Made by a program: the position numbers and the translations under genes. DNA of 64,000 nucleotides from the NCBI GenBank assembly GCA_000004695.1, contig CM000152.2:576001-640000 (forward strand), given 5' to 3'. The notes below the pieces were generated by a model, which was not told where the DNA came from, searched no databases, and saw nothing but the letters and a program-made list of their open reading frames with translations. Source of the stretch: Dictyostelium discoideum. Its lineage: Eukaryota. Below, piece by piece: positions 27,815-40,693 of this stretch; the stretch's first letter is position 1, and every line of letters begins with the position of its first letter.

Positions 27815-28344
27815 TTTTTTTTTTTTTTTTTTTTATATTATTTATTATTAAAATAAATAGTATTAGTACTATGTATTGAAATTTAGTATTTTTTTTTTTT
27901 TTTTTTTTAAATTAAAATAAAAATTAAAAAAAAAAATAAAAATAAAAAAAAAATTCAAAAAAAAAAAAAAAAATAAAAAAAAGCAGTATTACCGAAAAGA
28001 TTAACTGTTCCTTATTTTAAAAATCCATGATTCCCGTTATTAAAATGATTGGGAACGCATATCTTTTTTTTTTTCTTATTATTCTTTTTTTTTTTTTTTT
28101 TTCTTTTCTTTTCTTTTTTTTTCTTCTTTTGGGATGCATTATAAAAAAAAAAATTTTAAAAAAAAAAAAAATTAAATTGAATTTTTTTCGGTGAATGTAC
28201 AAAATTTCCTTTTTTTGTTTTTTGTTGTCAAATTTTAATTTAATTTAATTTTTATATTTATTATTTTTTTATTTTTTTTATTTTTTTTTTTATAATATTT
28301 AATTTTTTGGAATATGACTCTATTGCCATCGTTTTTTTAATTTA

Positions 28345-28377
<33 letters not shown>

Positions 28378-28572
28378 GTCATACATAACATTATAATAAT
28401 AATAAAAAAATAGTATAATATTTATTTATTTATTTAGTTAAAAAAAAATAAAAAAATAAAAAATTATAATAAAAAAATAAAAAATAATAAAAAATAATAA
28501 AAAACCCAATATCAATCTCTTAAAACTCCCGAAACATACAATTAATAATTTATTAAAGATAAAATAAATAAA

Positions 28573-29887
28573 ATGCAAAACACAAAAACATTTACTCCAG
28601 AGGAAGTATGTTAATTATTTTTCTTTATTATATTTTTTTTAATATACTTTTATTTTTTTTTATTTTTTTTTTTTTTTTAATTATTTTCTTTTATTCTTTT
28701 TAATTTTTTTTATGTGTAATAAAATTATAAATTATAAATTTAATAAAAAAAAAGAAAAGAAAAGAAATGAGGAAATCATTTGTAAATTATTTTATTTTTA
28801 TTTTTTTAATTAAAATAATTAATTAATAAAATTAGCTAATTTTTTATAATTTTATTTATATTAGGAACAAGAAATCTCTGAAAGAGTTCAAGAATATGAA
28901 GATAAATATGGTAGTTTAGATAGAACCTCAAGAATGTTGGAACAATTAAGAGATTCACATGCTACAGGTGTTGATAATTTAATGAAATTAGGACAACAAA
29001 GTGAACAAATGAATAGAGTTGAAAAGTTAACCACTGAACAAGAGCAAATGGTAAAGGGATTGGGTAAATATAAAAAGTTTAATAAATATATGAAAAGATT
29101 CTCAAAGAAGGATAAAGAAGAGAAACCAAAACCAAACAAAAACCAAGAGATTCACAACGAGGTAAAGAGATTAAAAGTTAAGAATGAAGTAGATGTTAAA
29201 ATTTTTAATAAAAGACAAAACGATGAAAAAGAAAAAAGAGAAAAAAGATTAGATGAATATAACCAAAAGTTGAGAGAAGATCAAGCTGCAGGTAACCCAT
29301 TTTCAGAGAATGCTGATAATACAACCACCACCACCACCACTACCACTACTTCCACTACTTCCTCTACTTCTATTAGAAAAACAAGTCCAAAACAAACCAA
29401 TGGTATGACAGAGGATGAAATGTTTGAAAAGAAAGGTTTATCAAAACTTTGGAATAAAGATAATGATCCATTAAGTAAGAATGATAAGATTCAAATTAAT
29501 GATGCCATTGAAACTCAAGCATTACCAATGAATCGTTTATCAGATGAATGTATGAAAGATAATGTGATCATTCAACGTTCAACTTGGATAAAGAAACAAG
29601 ATGCTCAGTTGGATGAAATGCAAGATATCCTCTCGGATCTAAAGAATATAAGTTTGGCAACTCAAACAGAGGTACAAACTCAATCACTCAAATTGGATGA
29701 CATTGGTGCCTCAATGGATAGAGGTTCCGATTTTTCACTCAAAAAGAAATCAAAACGTTCCATTGAAAAAGAACAAAAGAAAAAAGAAAAAGAAGAAAAA
29801 GAAAAAATTAAAAAAGAAGAAAAAACTAAACAAGACATTGATAAACAAGTTAAAAAAGATTTTGGTGTTGGTGTTAGTTCAAAATAA
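28573..29887 (+). CDS. SNAP-25/Sec9-like Qbc t-SNARE (two SNARE motifs)
   Basis: Exons 28573..28605 (MQNTKTFTPEE, donor GTATGT) and 28865..29887. The Qb motif ...SLDRTSRMLEQLRDSHATGVDNLMKLGQQSEQMNRVEKLTTEQEQMVKG aligns with the SNAP-25 N-terminal helix ([49 protein letters not shown]). The Qc motif is ...QDAQLDEMQDILSDLKNISLATQTEVQTQSLKLDDIGASMDRG. The first-exon assignment has moderate support. Confidence 0.6.
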
Positions 29888-30212
29888 TAATAATTTTTTA
29901 ATTTTAAAATAATGTACATAATATAATATAATATAAAATATATACATTAATTTGTAATATATCTCTTTTTTTTTTTTTAGAATAATCTTTTTTTTTTTTT
30001 TTCAATAATAAAATAAAAATAAATAAATAAAAGTGGCACAATATTATTATTTAATTTTAATTTTAGAATTTTTTATTTTATTTTTTTTTTTTAATATTCT
30101 TATTTTGGGAAATCGAACAAACTATTACACAATAGATTATTATTTTGTTTTTTTTTTTTTTTTCATTTTTTTTTTCTTTTTCATTTTTTTTTTTTTTTCT
30201 TTTTTTTTTTAA

Positions 30213-31085
<873 letters not shown>

Positions 31086-31300
31086 GGAAAAAAAAATTCC
31101 TAAAATTATTTTCCTAAAAATAATATTTATTTATTTATTTGTTTGTTTGGAAGTTGTTTTTTTTTTATTTTTTTATTTCTTTTATAAATATTATAAAAAA
31201 AAAAAAAAAAACTATTTTATTTCGTAACTGATTTTGAAAAAATTTTAATAAAACTTTGGACCCAATTTTTTTGATTTTTTTTTTTAATTTTTTTTTAATT

Positions 31301-31331
<31 letters not shown>

Positions 31332-31476
31332 TTTATTTTGAACTAAATTTCATTTTATTTTAAAACTAATATCATATAATCAAAAAAAAAAAAAAAAAAA
31401 TAAAATAAAATAAAATAAAATAAAACAAAAAAATTAAAATAAAATAAAATATTTAGATAATATAGAAAAATAAAAA

Positions 31477-32249
31477 ATGGTAAACTATTATTTCTTTTTT
31501 TTTTTTTTTTTCTTTTTTTTATTTTTTATGTTTGGAAGTTTCCAACTTGTCAAAAAAAAAAATAAAAAATAAAAATAAAAATAAAAAAAACAATTGAAAA
31601 AATAAAAAAAATCAGATTATTTATAAATATTTTCAAATAATTTTTTTTTTATTTTTTTATTTTTATTTATATATAGGCGTCAAAATTAAATGAAGAAGCA
31701 CAATCAGAATTTAAAGAAGGTTTTGCATTATATGATGGAAATAAAGATGGTAAATTAGAAGCAGCTGAATTAGCTAATACACTCAGATGGTTAGGTCAAA
31801 ATCCATCACAATCAGAAATTAATGAAATTTTAAGAGAATTTGGAAGTATGTGTTTATATTTATTTGGAAAAATGTCTCTCTCTCTCTCTCTCTTCCTGTC
31901 TCTTTTTTTTATCTCGAGAAAAACAAACTAAAATAAGATTTACTAATAATTCTATAATTTATAAATTTTCATTATAGGTAATAACCAAATGGGAGTGGAT
32001 GGATTATTTAATTATTTAGGTAGAAAAGTTGTTGATGATTTTGATGAAAAAGAAATTATTGAAGCTTTCCAAGTATTTGATAAAGATGGTAAAGGTATGA
32101 TCGGTGCTTCTGATCTTAGACATATTTTAACAAATTTAGGTGAAAGATTACCAGAAGAACAAGTAGAAGAAATGTTAAGACAGGCAGTCGGTAGTGGTGA
32201 TGGTGCAATCAACTATGAACCATTTGTAAGAAATATGTTAAAGAAATAA
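31477..32249 (+). CDS. EF-hand protein of the myosin essential light chain / calmodulin-like type (147 aa)
   Basis: Three exons: 31477..31479 (ATG only, donor GTAAAC), 31677..31845 and 31978..32249. Product: M|[57 protein letters not shown]|[10 protein letters not shown]...[62 protein letters not shown]. The C-terminal half aligns with vertebrate MYL6 (ELRHVLVTLGEKMTEEEVE...NGCINYEELLRMVL). Exon 2 has a stop immediately upstream and no internal ATG, so an ATG-only first exon is required. The same architecture occurs in the neighbouring cofilin gene. Confidence 0.7.
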
Positions 32250-32265
32250 AAGAATCCAAAAAAAA

Positions 32266-32297
<32 letters not shown>

Positions 32298-32499
32298 TTG
32301 TATAATATAAATAAAATCTTGTCTTTATTTGAAAAATTTTTTGATGGTTTTTTTTTTTTTTTTATTTGAAACAAAACTTTTTTTTTTTTTTGAAAAAAAA
32401 ATAACCAACCAACTTTTCAAACAATTTATGATAAGAGATAATTTCAAAAAAAGAAAAAAAAAAATAAAATAAATAACAATAAAACAAAAATAGATTACC

Positions 32500-32535
<36 letters not shown>

Positions 32536-32613
32536 AATACAGATTATTTTATTAAATTATATGTATGAGGAGATTTATTACTATTTATAAATATTGAATT
32601 CGTTCCTCGGGAG

Positions 32614-32645
<32 letters not shown>

Positions 32646-32652
32646 AAATTAT

Positions 32653-33121
32653 TTAGATTTTGGTACATTTTTCATAGAAACATGAATCTTTGACTTCAGA
32701 GGCATCGGTACCTTGGATTTCAACTTGGATACCAACACAGGCTTTACGTAAAGAGTCTTTTGATGAGGTGGCCATCATTTTCTTTTTAATGTTGGCGGTA
32801 TCTGGGCACCAGGCAACAAAACAGATTTTGCTCTTTTGGGCACCTTCTTCTTTGTATTGATAGTCGAGGACAACGTATCTACATTCGTTTTCTGGGAGAC
32901 ATTTGGTGAATTCATCGAATGAACAACCAGCTGGTAAGGTGGAGTCAACAATGATTTCTTTTGAATCGTCAGAGATTCTGTAGATGATACCACCATATTT
33001 ACGACCTAACTTTAAATCGTTGAAGGTTGAAACGCAGTTTGGAGCTAAAGCAATACCTGAAGACTATAAATAGTTTTTTTTAAAAATATAATAATAAAAA
33101 AAAAATTTATTATTAATATTA

Positions 33122-33182
<61 letters not shown>

Positions 33183-33434
33183 CCAATTATTTGTATAAAC
33201 CAAAATAGATTTTTTATTTTATTTTTCGTTTTTTTATTATTGTTATCCATGACTGTGGTATTATAAAAATAAAAAATATTATAAAGTGTTTGATCAAAAA
33301 TTTATATTATTTTTTATATTGGTACCACACAATTAAATTAAAATTTTAATTTATTATTATTATTAATTATTATTATTATTTTTATTATTATTTTTATTAT
33401 TTATTATTTATTTTTAAATAATTCTCATTACCAT
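32653..33434 (-). CDS. cofA: Cofilin (actin-depolymerising factor), 137 aa
   Basis: Exon 1 is the ATG alone (33432..33434, donor GTAATG). A roughly 368-nt intron containing (AAT)n separates it from exon 2 (32653..33063, acceptor TTTATAG). Product: M|SSGIALAPNCVSTFNDLKLGRKYGGIIYRISDDSKEIIVDSTLPAGCSFDEFTKCLPENECRYVVLDYQYKEEGAQKSKICFVAWCPDTANIKKKMMATSSKDSLRKACVGIQVEIQGTDASEVKDSCFYEKCTKI*. This matches Dictyostelium cofilin-1 as I recall it, including the intron directly after the start codon. Local GC content is higher than the surroundings. Confidence 0.9.
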
Positions 33435-33519
33435 TTTTTATATATAGTTTTTTATTTAGTTGAGTAAGTTGAATAGAATAAAAAAAAAAAAATGAAAAAT
33501 AAATATCACAAAAAAATTT

Positions 33520-33550
<31 letters not shown>

Positions 33551-34479
33551 TTAAAAAAAATTAAAATTTTTTTTTTTTTTTGGCTCACCCATATCGAGTT
33601 TGTGTGCATTTTTATCATAATAAACCCACTTTTTTTTTTTTCGCCATTTTTTTTTTTTTTAAATTTTTATTTTTTTTTATTTTTTATTTTTTTTTTTTGT
33701 GGTTCTGTTGTGTATTTAAAAAATAAAAAAAGTAAAAACAACCAAATTTTAAAAAATGAGTTTGAGTTTGGTTTTGTTTAATTTGGGTTTTGGTTAAATA
33801 TGGGTGTAATTTTTCCAAATCTTCGATAATGAGATTAACCATTCAATTGTTTAGATTTCTAATTTTTTTACATTAAAATTATAATAATTTTATATTTTTT
33901 TTCGTTTTTTTAAATTTTTTAATTTTTTTTTTATTTTAATTATTTAAATATTAAAAGAAAATATAAATAAATAGATAGATAGATAATTTTCATTGAATTT
34001 TGTAGTAATTTAAAAAATTACAATAAAAAAAAAAAAAAGAAACGGGAAATTGTGAATATTATTATTATTATTAATATTATTCTTTTATAATAATATTTTA
34101 AATTTAATTTTTAATTGTTTTAAAGATAATAAATAATAATATTATAAATTAAATTATTTTAAAATATTTCGTATTTTTAAAATATAATAAAGAAATTAAA
34201 AAAACAAAAAAATAGGTAATAATAAAAAAATATATTTTTTTTTTTTTTTTTATTAATTTTTTTTTTTTATTTTATTTTTTTTTCTAATCGTAACAATTTA
34301 AAGTGTGACAAAAGAAAGAGATTTAAACTGAAATTTTATCAATCTTAAAAAATTAAAATCACACACACACACACATATATATCAAACATTTAGATATATG
34401 AATATATTTTTTTTTTAATAATAATAATGTTTATTTAAGAAATTTTAAAATAATTATTTTTATAAATATTATAAAGTTA

Positions 34480-35449
34480 TTATTTTAATAAAATTTTATC
34501 AACAATTTTTTCATAAGCAATTACATTTGGATCATTTGATCTTTGTTCAATGAATGGTGAATTAATATCAACATATCTTGAACATTGTAATGACCATAAA
34601 TAATTACCACCCAATATTAATTTCATTGATCTTGTTAATAATTTTAAATCATCTCTTTGTTCAATTGGACATTCTAAAAGTAAAATTCTTTCATCTTCAC
34701 AAATTTGATTCATAATTTCATCATTAAATTTTAAAATTACTTTATAAACATTATCAAATGAACCAACTTGATTTTGTAAAAAATGTAAAGGGTTAGTTAA
34801 ATGATTATTATTTCTAATTTCTTTTGCATAGGAAGCACAATCATTCATTGTAGCCATTTGGTATCCACCATTAGTTGCAAATCTATCAAATCTTGGATTA
34901 ATCCAAATTTTTGGATCAATCTTTGAATTTGGATATAAAAGCATTGCAACTGAAAGTGAAACATATGTACCAGAATTAGTTCTTTTAAAAAAATTATAAC
35001 TATCATAATTATTTAAATTCTTTTTTTTTTTTTATTTATATTAATATTATTTAAAAATTAAAAATCAAATAAGTTTAAAAAAAAAAAAGAAAAAGAAAGA
35101 ATTAAAAATACATTACATCAGCTCTATTAAATGGATTAATTGAATTAATCCAATCAATAATAAATTTTAAAAATTGATTAAAGAATTCAATTTTTTCACC
35201 AACAAATTGTTTGGTTGTTTCTCTAAAATATAAAACATATTTTTCAATGTTTGAAATATTATTAGAATCATAAAAATTTCCATCCATAAAAATATGTTCC
35301 AATTTTTTAATTAATTCTCTAGAGTCATCTGGATTTGTTAATTTACTCTCTAAAAAATCATCAACTACAAAACAAACTGTAAGATATCTTGATGCAACCA
35401 AAAGTTGTTCATAGTTACATAAAGGATATAAATAAATTGTACTGGAAAC

Positions 35450-35509
<60 letters not shown>

Positions 35510-35752
35510 TAATTATAATTTTAAAAAATAAATAAATAAAATAATAATAATAATAATAGTAATATTAATATTAATAATAATAATATAGTTTTAAATTTAT
35601 TTACTTGTTCCATAATAATATTCAAGTGTTTTTTTATTTTCTTCAAATAATTTAAAATCAACAACTTCTTTATAACAAGTGTATATACACTTATCATTTG
35701 CAGGTGGTTCAATCCAATCTTCTGGGAATTTGAAATCATGAAGAGAATACAT
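34480..35752 (-). CDS. Microbial-type terpene synthase (class I, DDxxD/E + NSE/DTE motifs), paralog A
   Basis: Three exons: 35605..35752, 35117..35448 and 34480..35019. Introns are GTAAAT...TTTAG (156 nt) and GTAATG...AAAG (97 nt). The Asp-rich motif is ...LVASRYLTVCFVVDDFLESKL and the NSE/DTE motif is ...ATMNDCASYAKEIR. The gene is co-linear with paralog B in exon sizes (148, 332 and 540 nt). Confidence 0.75.
35457..35502. repeat. A46 homopolymer within intron 1 of terpene synthase A
   Basis: 46 consecutive A, counted directly. Confidence 0.95.
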
Positions 35753-35821
35753 TTTTTATTTATTTATATTATAGAATGGGAAATATTTTTTGAAGTTTTG
35801 TTTATTAAATATGAAAATTAT

Positions 35822-35858
<37 letters not shown>

Positions 35859-36466
35859 TAATAAAAGAAGTAAAATAAAAAATAATAATAATAATAATAA
35901 TAATTAAAATAATAATAATAAAATAATAATAATACAATAAAATCAAATAAAAGTAAAAAAGGTTTTAATGATAAATGTATATACAAAAGATTGCAGATAA
36001 ACCACTTTAAAAACATTTGGTCCAGTTTAGACTTTTAAAATTTTTTATTAATTTAAATTAAATATAAGGTCGACCTTTTTTTATTTTATTTTAAATTTAT
36101 TTTTTGTTTATTTTTTTCATTTTTGTAACACCCCATTTATAGTTTTTTATAATTAATTAACCTTTAAAAATAAAATACAATATTAAATGATAATAAATTA
36201 TTGAAGAATAATAATAATAATAATTTTTTTTCTTGTTGGAGTTATTTTATTGGATTTTATCCATATATATTATTTTAAACTTTTCAATAATTATTCATTA
36301 ATAATAAATACTAATTCTCTGCGCTGTAAATTTTTTAAAAAAAAAAGGATTATGACAACACTTTTATATTTTTTTATTTTTTTTTTTTATTTTTTTTATT
36401 ATTTTTTTTAATCTCAAAATAAAAATTAAAAATTATTTTTTTTATCTAAAAATAAAATATAAATTT

Positions 36467-37676
36467 TTATAATTTAATAATTTTATCAACAATATTTTCA
36501 TAAGCAATTACATCAGGATTAATTGATCTTTGTTCAATAAATGGTGAATCAATATCATTAAATCTAGTACATTTCAATGACCAAGAATAATTACCACCCA
36601 ATATTAATTTCATTGATCTTGTTAAATATTTTAAATCATCTTTCTGATCATCTGGACACTCTTTTAAAAGTAATTCTTCATCTTTACAAATTTCATTAAC
36701 AATTTTGTTATTAAAATTTAAAATTAATTTATAAACTTGATCAAATGAACCAATTTCTTTTTGTAAAAAATATAATGGATTTGTTAAATGACAATTACTT
36801 CTAACTTCTTTTGCATAAGATGCACAATCATTAAATGCTGACATTTGATACGCACCATTACAAACAAATCTTTCAAATCTTGGATTCATCCAAATATTAG
36901 TATCAACTTTTGTATTTGGATTTAAAAGCATAGCCATTGAAAGAGTTACATATGTTCCAGAATTAACCTTTTTAAAAAAATTATAACTATCATAATTATT
37001 TAAATTCTTTATTTTTAATATAAAAAAAATAATGTTAATAATAATAAGTAATAATAAATAAGAATAAAAATAATAATAATAAAAATTTTATAAATTTATA
37101 ATTACAATTGCCTTATTAAATGGATTAATTGAATTTATCCATTCAACAAAAAATTTAATAAATTGATTAAAAATGTTAATTTTATCACCAACAAATTGTC
37201 TTGCTTTACCTCTAAAAAACATTGTATATTTTTCAATATTTGAAATATTAGATTGGTCAAGATATTCACCATCAATTAAAATATTTTCAATCTTTTTTGA
37301 CATTAAATTTGAAGTTTCTGAATCAACTAAATTACTTTCCAAAAAGTCATCAATAAGATATCCAACTGTAAGAAATCTACATGCAATTACAAGTTGTTCA
37401 TAATTACATAATGGATAGAAGTTTATGGTACTTGAAACTATTGTAAAATAAATAAAATATTAATTTATATATATAAAATTTATATATCAATTAAATATTA
37501 AATTTATTTTAAAAAAATAAATAATTACGTGTTCCATAATAATATTGAAAAGTTTGTTTATTTTCGTCTAATAATTTATAATTGATAACTTCTTTATAAC
37601 AATCATAAATACATTTATCATCTGCTGTTGGTTCAATCCAATCGCTTGGGTATTTAAAATCATAAATTGAATACAT
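36467..37676 (-). CDS. Microbial-type terpene synthase, paralog B (tandem duplicate of paralog A)
   Basis: Exons 37529..37676, 37106..37437 and 36467..37006, the same sizes and phases as paralog A. Product: MYSIYDFKYPSDWIEPTADDKCIYDCYKEVINYKLLDENKQTFQYYYGT|LSSTINFYPLCNYEQLVIACRFLTVGYLIDDFLESNLVDSE...NKAI|NLNNYDSYNFFKKVNSGTYVTLSMAMLLNPNTK...SAFNDCASYAKEVR.... It is about 60-65% identical to A at protein level. The junction-flanking nucleotides are conserved. Confidence 0.75.
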
Positions 37677-38553
37677 TCCTAATAAAATATTTTATTTTCC
37701 ATTAATTATTATAAATTATATAATTCTTTTTTTTTTTTTTTTTGTATAAACAATCCCTATAAAAATAATAGGAAAAAAAAATTAGATATTGAAAGTTCAC
37801 CATGTATATAAATAGTTTTTTTTTAAAAAAAAAATTATTTATTTTTAAAATTATTAATAATTTTTTAATTACAATATTGGAGGAAAATTTGATTGGATTT
37901 TAAAATTATTTTTTAATATTCTCAAAATTAATGTTGAAAAGTAGTTGGAGAAACTATGGATGGTTGAAAGCCTATGATAATTCTTTTTTTTTTTTGATAA
38001 AAAATAAAAATTGGTTTGCTAATTTTTTATTTTTTTATCTTTTTTTTTATTTTTTTTTTTTTATTTTTTGCATATAAAATTATAAAATAAATATTAATTT
38101 AAAAAATATTAATTAAAAATTTTTAATGCAAATGAACTATTTAAAAATGAAAAGAAAAAATAATTACCTTTTTATATGATTATTTGGTTATCAAGTAAAA
38201 ATTTAAATATTAAAAGATTTTTTTTTTTTTTTTTTATTAATAGATAGAAGGTGGGAAAAAATAAAGAAAAAAAAAACTTAACCTATTAAGAATCTGTCTT
38301 AATTTTAATTATAAAACCTTTTTTATAATTTTAATTAAAAAATAAATAAATGGGAATTAATTTTATCCCGAAAAAAAAAAAAAAAAAATATTATTATTAC
38401 CAGATTCTTTAGATCTTTTTTTTTATTAATTATTTACTTGGAAAAAAAAAGAGTTGTAATTCCTTTTAAAATTACCTATTGTTATTTTATTTTTATTTTT
38501 ATTTTTATTTTTATTTACAAGAATATTTATTTTATATATATATATATATATCT

Positions 38554-39842
38554 CTAATTTGACATTACAATACATAATGAGATTGCATTTACAATTGATT
38601 GAGAAGCATGTAATGGAACGAAATGGTCAGTTGAATTATTAACTATTTGAACACTATTTGAAGAGTAATGAGTCATATCGAATTGAATATCAATCCAATC
38701 AGGTGCACAATCTTGAGAAGCTGTTAAAACCACCAATGATTTATTACCCAAATATTGACTATTTCCAAAGAGATTATTTTGATTTATTAGTATATCATTC
38801 AATTGATTAATTGAATCAAATATAATTGATAATTCATTCTTTGATGCATCAATACTATTAAAAGATTGATAAATTAAATCTGTTGAATACTTTAAAGTAT
38901 CACTTAATTCAATTGTTGATGATCCTAAATACCCACTTGATAATGGAAAAAATGGTGTTAAAATTCTAGTAATACCACTTGGTAAAATATATTTTAAAAC
39001 TTTAAAACTCTTTTTTTATAAAAAAAAAAAAAAAAAATTAGAAAAAATTATAAATAAATATAAAATTATAAATAGATATATAAATTTATATAAATAGTGC
39101 ATACATTAATACCTTGATTAATAAGGTTAATTAAAAAATTATCAGTTAAATCAGTTAAACCCATTGAATCAATTAATAAGACACCATCAACCATTGATGG
39201 GAATTGTGATGCGAATAATTGTGACAATATACCACCATAACTCCAACCAACTAAAATTAAATGATCATTTATACCAATTAATTCTAAATATTGTTTTAAA
39301 TCATTAGCAGCTTCAATAGCATCAACACCTTTATTTCTATTACTTTTATATTTTAAATCACTCCAACCATATCCATATCTATCATATACACAATATTGTT
39401 TAATTTTATTCATTGGACTATTACTACTATTATTTATTTGTTGTTGTTGTAAATTTTCTAAAACGTTACCCCAAATAGTTGAATAAAATGGTGTACCAGC
39501 TTCAAATAGTATTGTTTTTTCAGCATCACCACCACCACCACTACCAGCATATTCAAAACATCTAATATGTAATGATGTTTCATTTATAGTTGGTCTAAAA
39601 CTTTTACCACCAAATTCACCAGAAAAAGTTTTATTTGGGTCTAAAAATATATCTGATTGTTGAATTAATAAAATTATATCTATTATTGATATTAATGATA
39701 ATGTAAAGAATAAATATGAAAAGTATCTCTTTTTATTAGTTTTACCAATAAAATAAAAAAATAATGATACTACCACTAAACAATATAATGTTGATGGTAA
39801 ATATCTATATTCTATTTTAATAAAATCACTTAAACAATTCAT
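38554..39842 (-). CDS. Membrane-anchored alpha/beta-hydrolase (esterase/lipase-like, GxSxG nucleophile elbow)
   Basis: Exons 39105..39842 and 38554..39009, joined across a 95-nt intron with an unusual GTATGC donor and an AAAG acceptor. There are N-terminal TM helices. The nucleophile motif is LILVGWSYGGILSQLFASQF. Exon 2 supplies the likely catalytic Asp and His (..SQDCAPDWIDI.. and ..NNSTDHFVPLHAS..). The track ORFs 39066..39842 and 38554..38802 are the two halves. Confidence 0.55.
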
Positions 39843-39957
39843 TTTTTTTTTTTTTTTTTTAAAAAAATCTAATTTATTATTAATGCTTAAAAAGAAAAAA
39901 AAAGAAAGGAGAAAAAAAAGAGAGGAGAAAAAAAAGAGAGGATAAAAAAAGGTGTGG

Positions 39958-39991
<34 letters not shown>

Positions 39992-40132
39992 CATTTTTTT
40001 TTATTTTTATTTTTATTTTTAATTTAAGAACATTTAATTTTATTTTTATTAATTTTTATTTATTTTTAACACAGATATATATATATGGATCTTTTTTTAA
40101 AATTAAATTAAATTAAATGTTTGTTTATTTAA

Positions 40133-40614
40133 TTATTTTTGAATTTGATAACGACGTTGTGGTTTATTAACTGAATCAGAAATTAACATTGCATCTCTAA
40201 TTTCAGGAATATCATGAATTCTAATTATATTTGCACCCCACATTGAACCAATACAACAACAAGCTATTGTACCCCATAATCTTCTTTCACTCTTTGGAGA
40301 TGGTGGTGGTAAGGATTTATCCTTTTCAGCATTTGCAATTGTATTTGCGATAAAACCTTTTCTTGAAGGACCAATTAATACTGGAAATCCTAAACCCATC
40401 AATTCTTTACCTCTTTGTAAAATTTCAATTGATTGTTCATAAGTTTTATAAAATCCTAAACCTGGATCCAAAATAATTTGCCATCTAAATAAACCTAACT
40501 TTGTACAAGTTTCAATTCTTTCTTTAAAAAATGAATTTAATGTTGTAATAACACTTTGGACTTGATAAATCAATTTTTTGTTTAATTTTTGATCTATTAT
40601 CGTTATCATTATCA

Positions 40615-40693
<79 letters not shown>

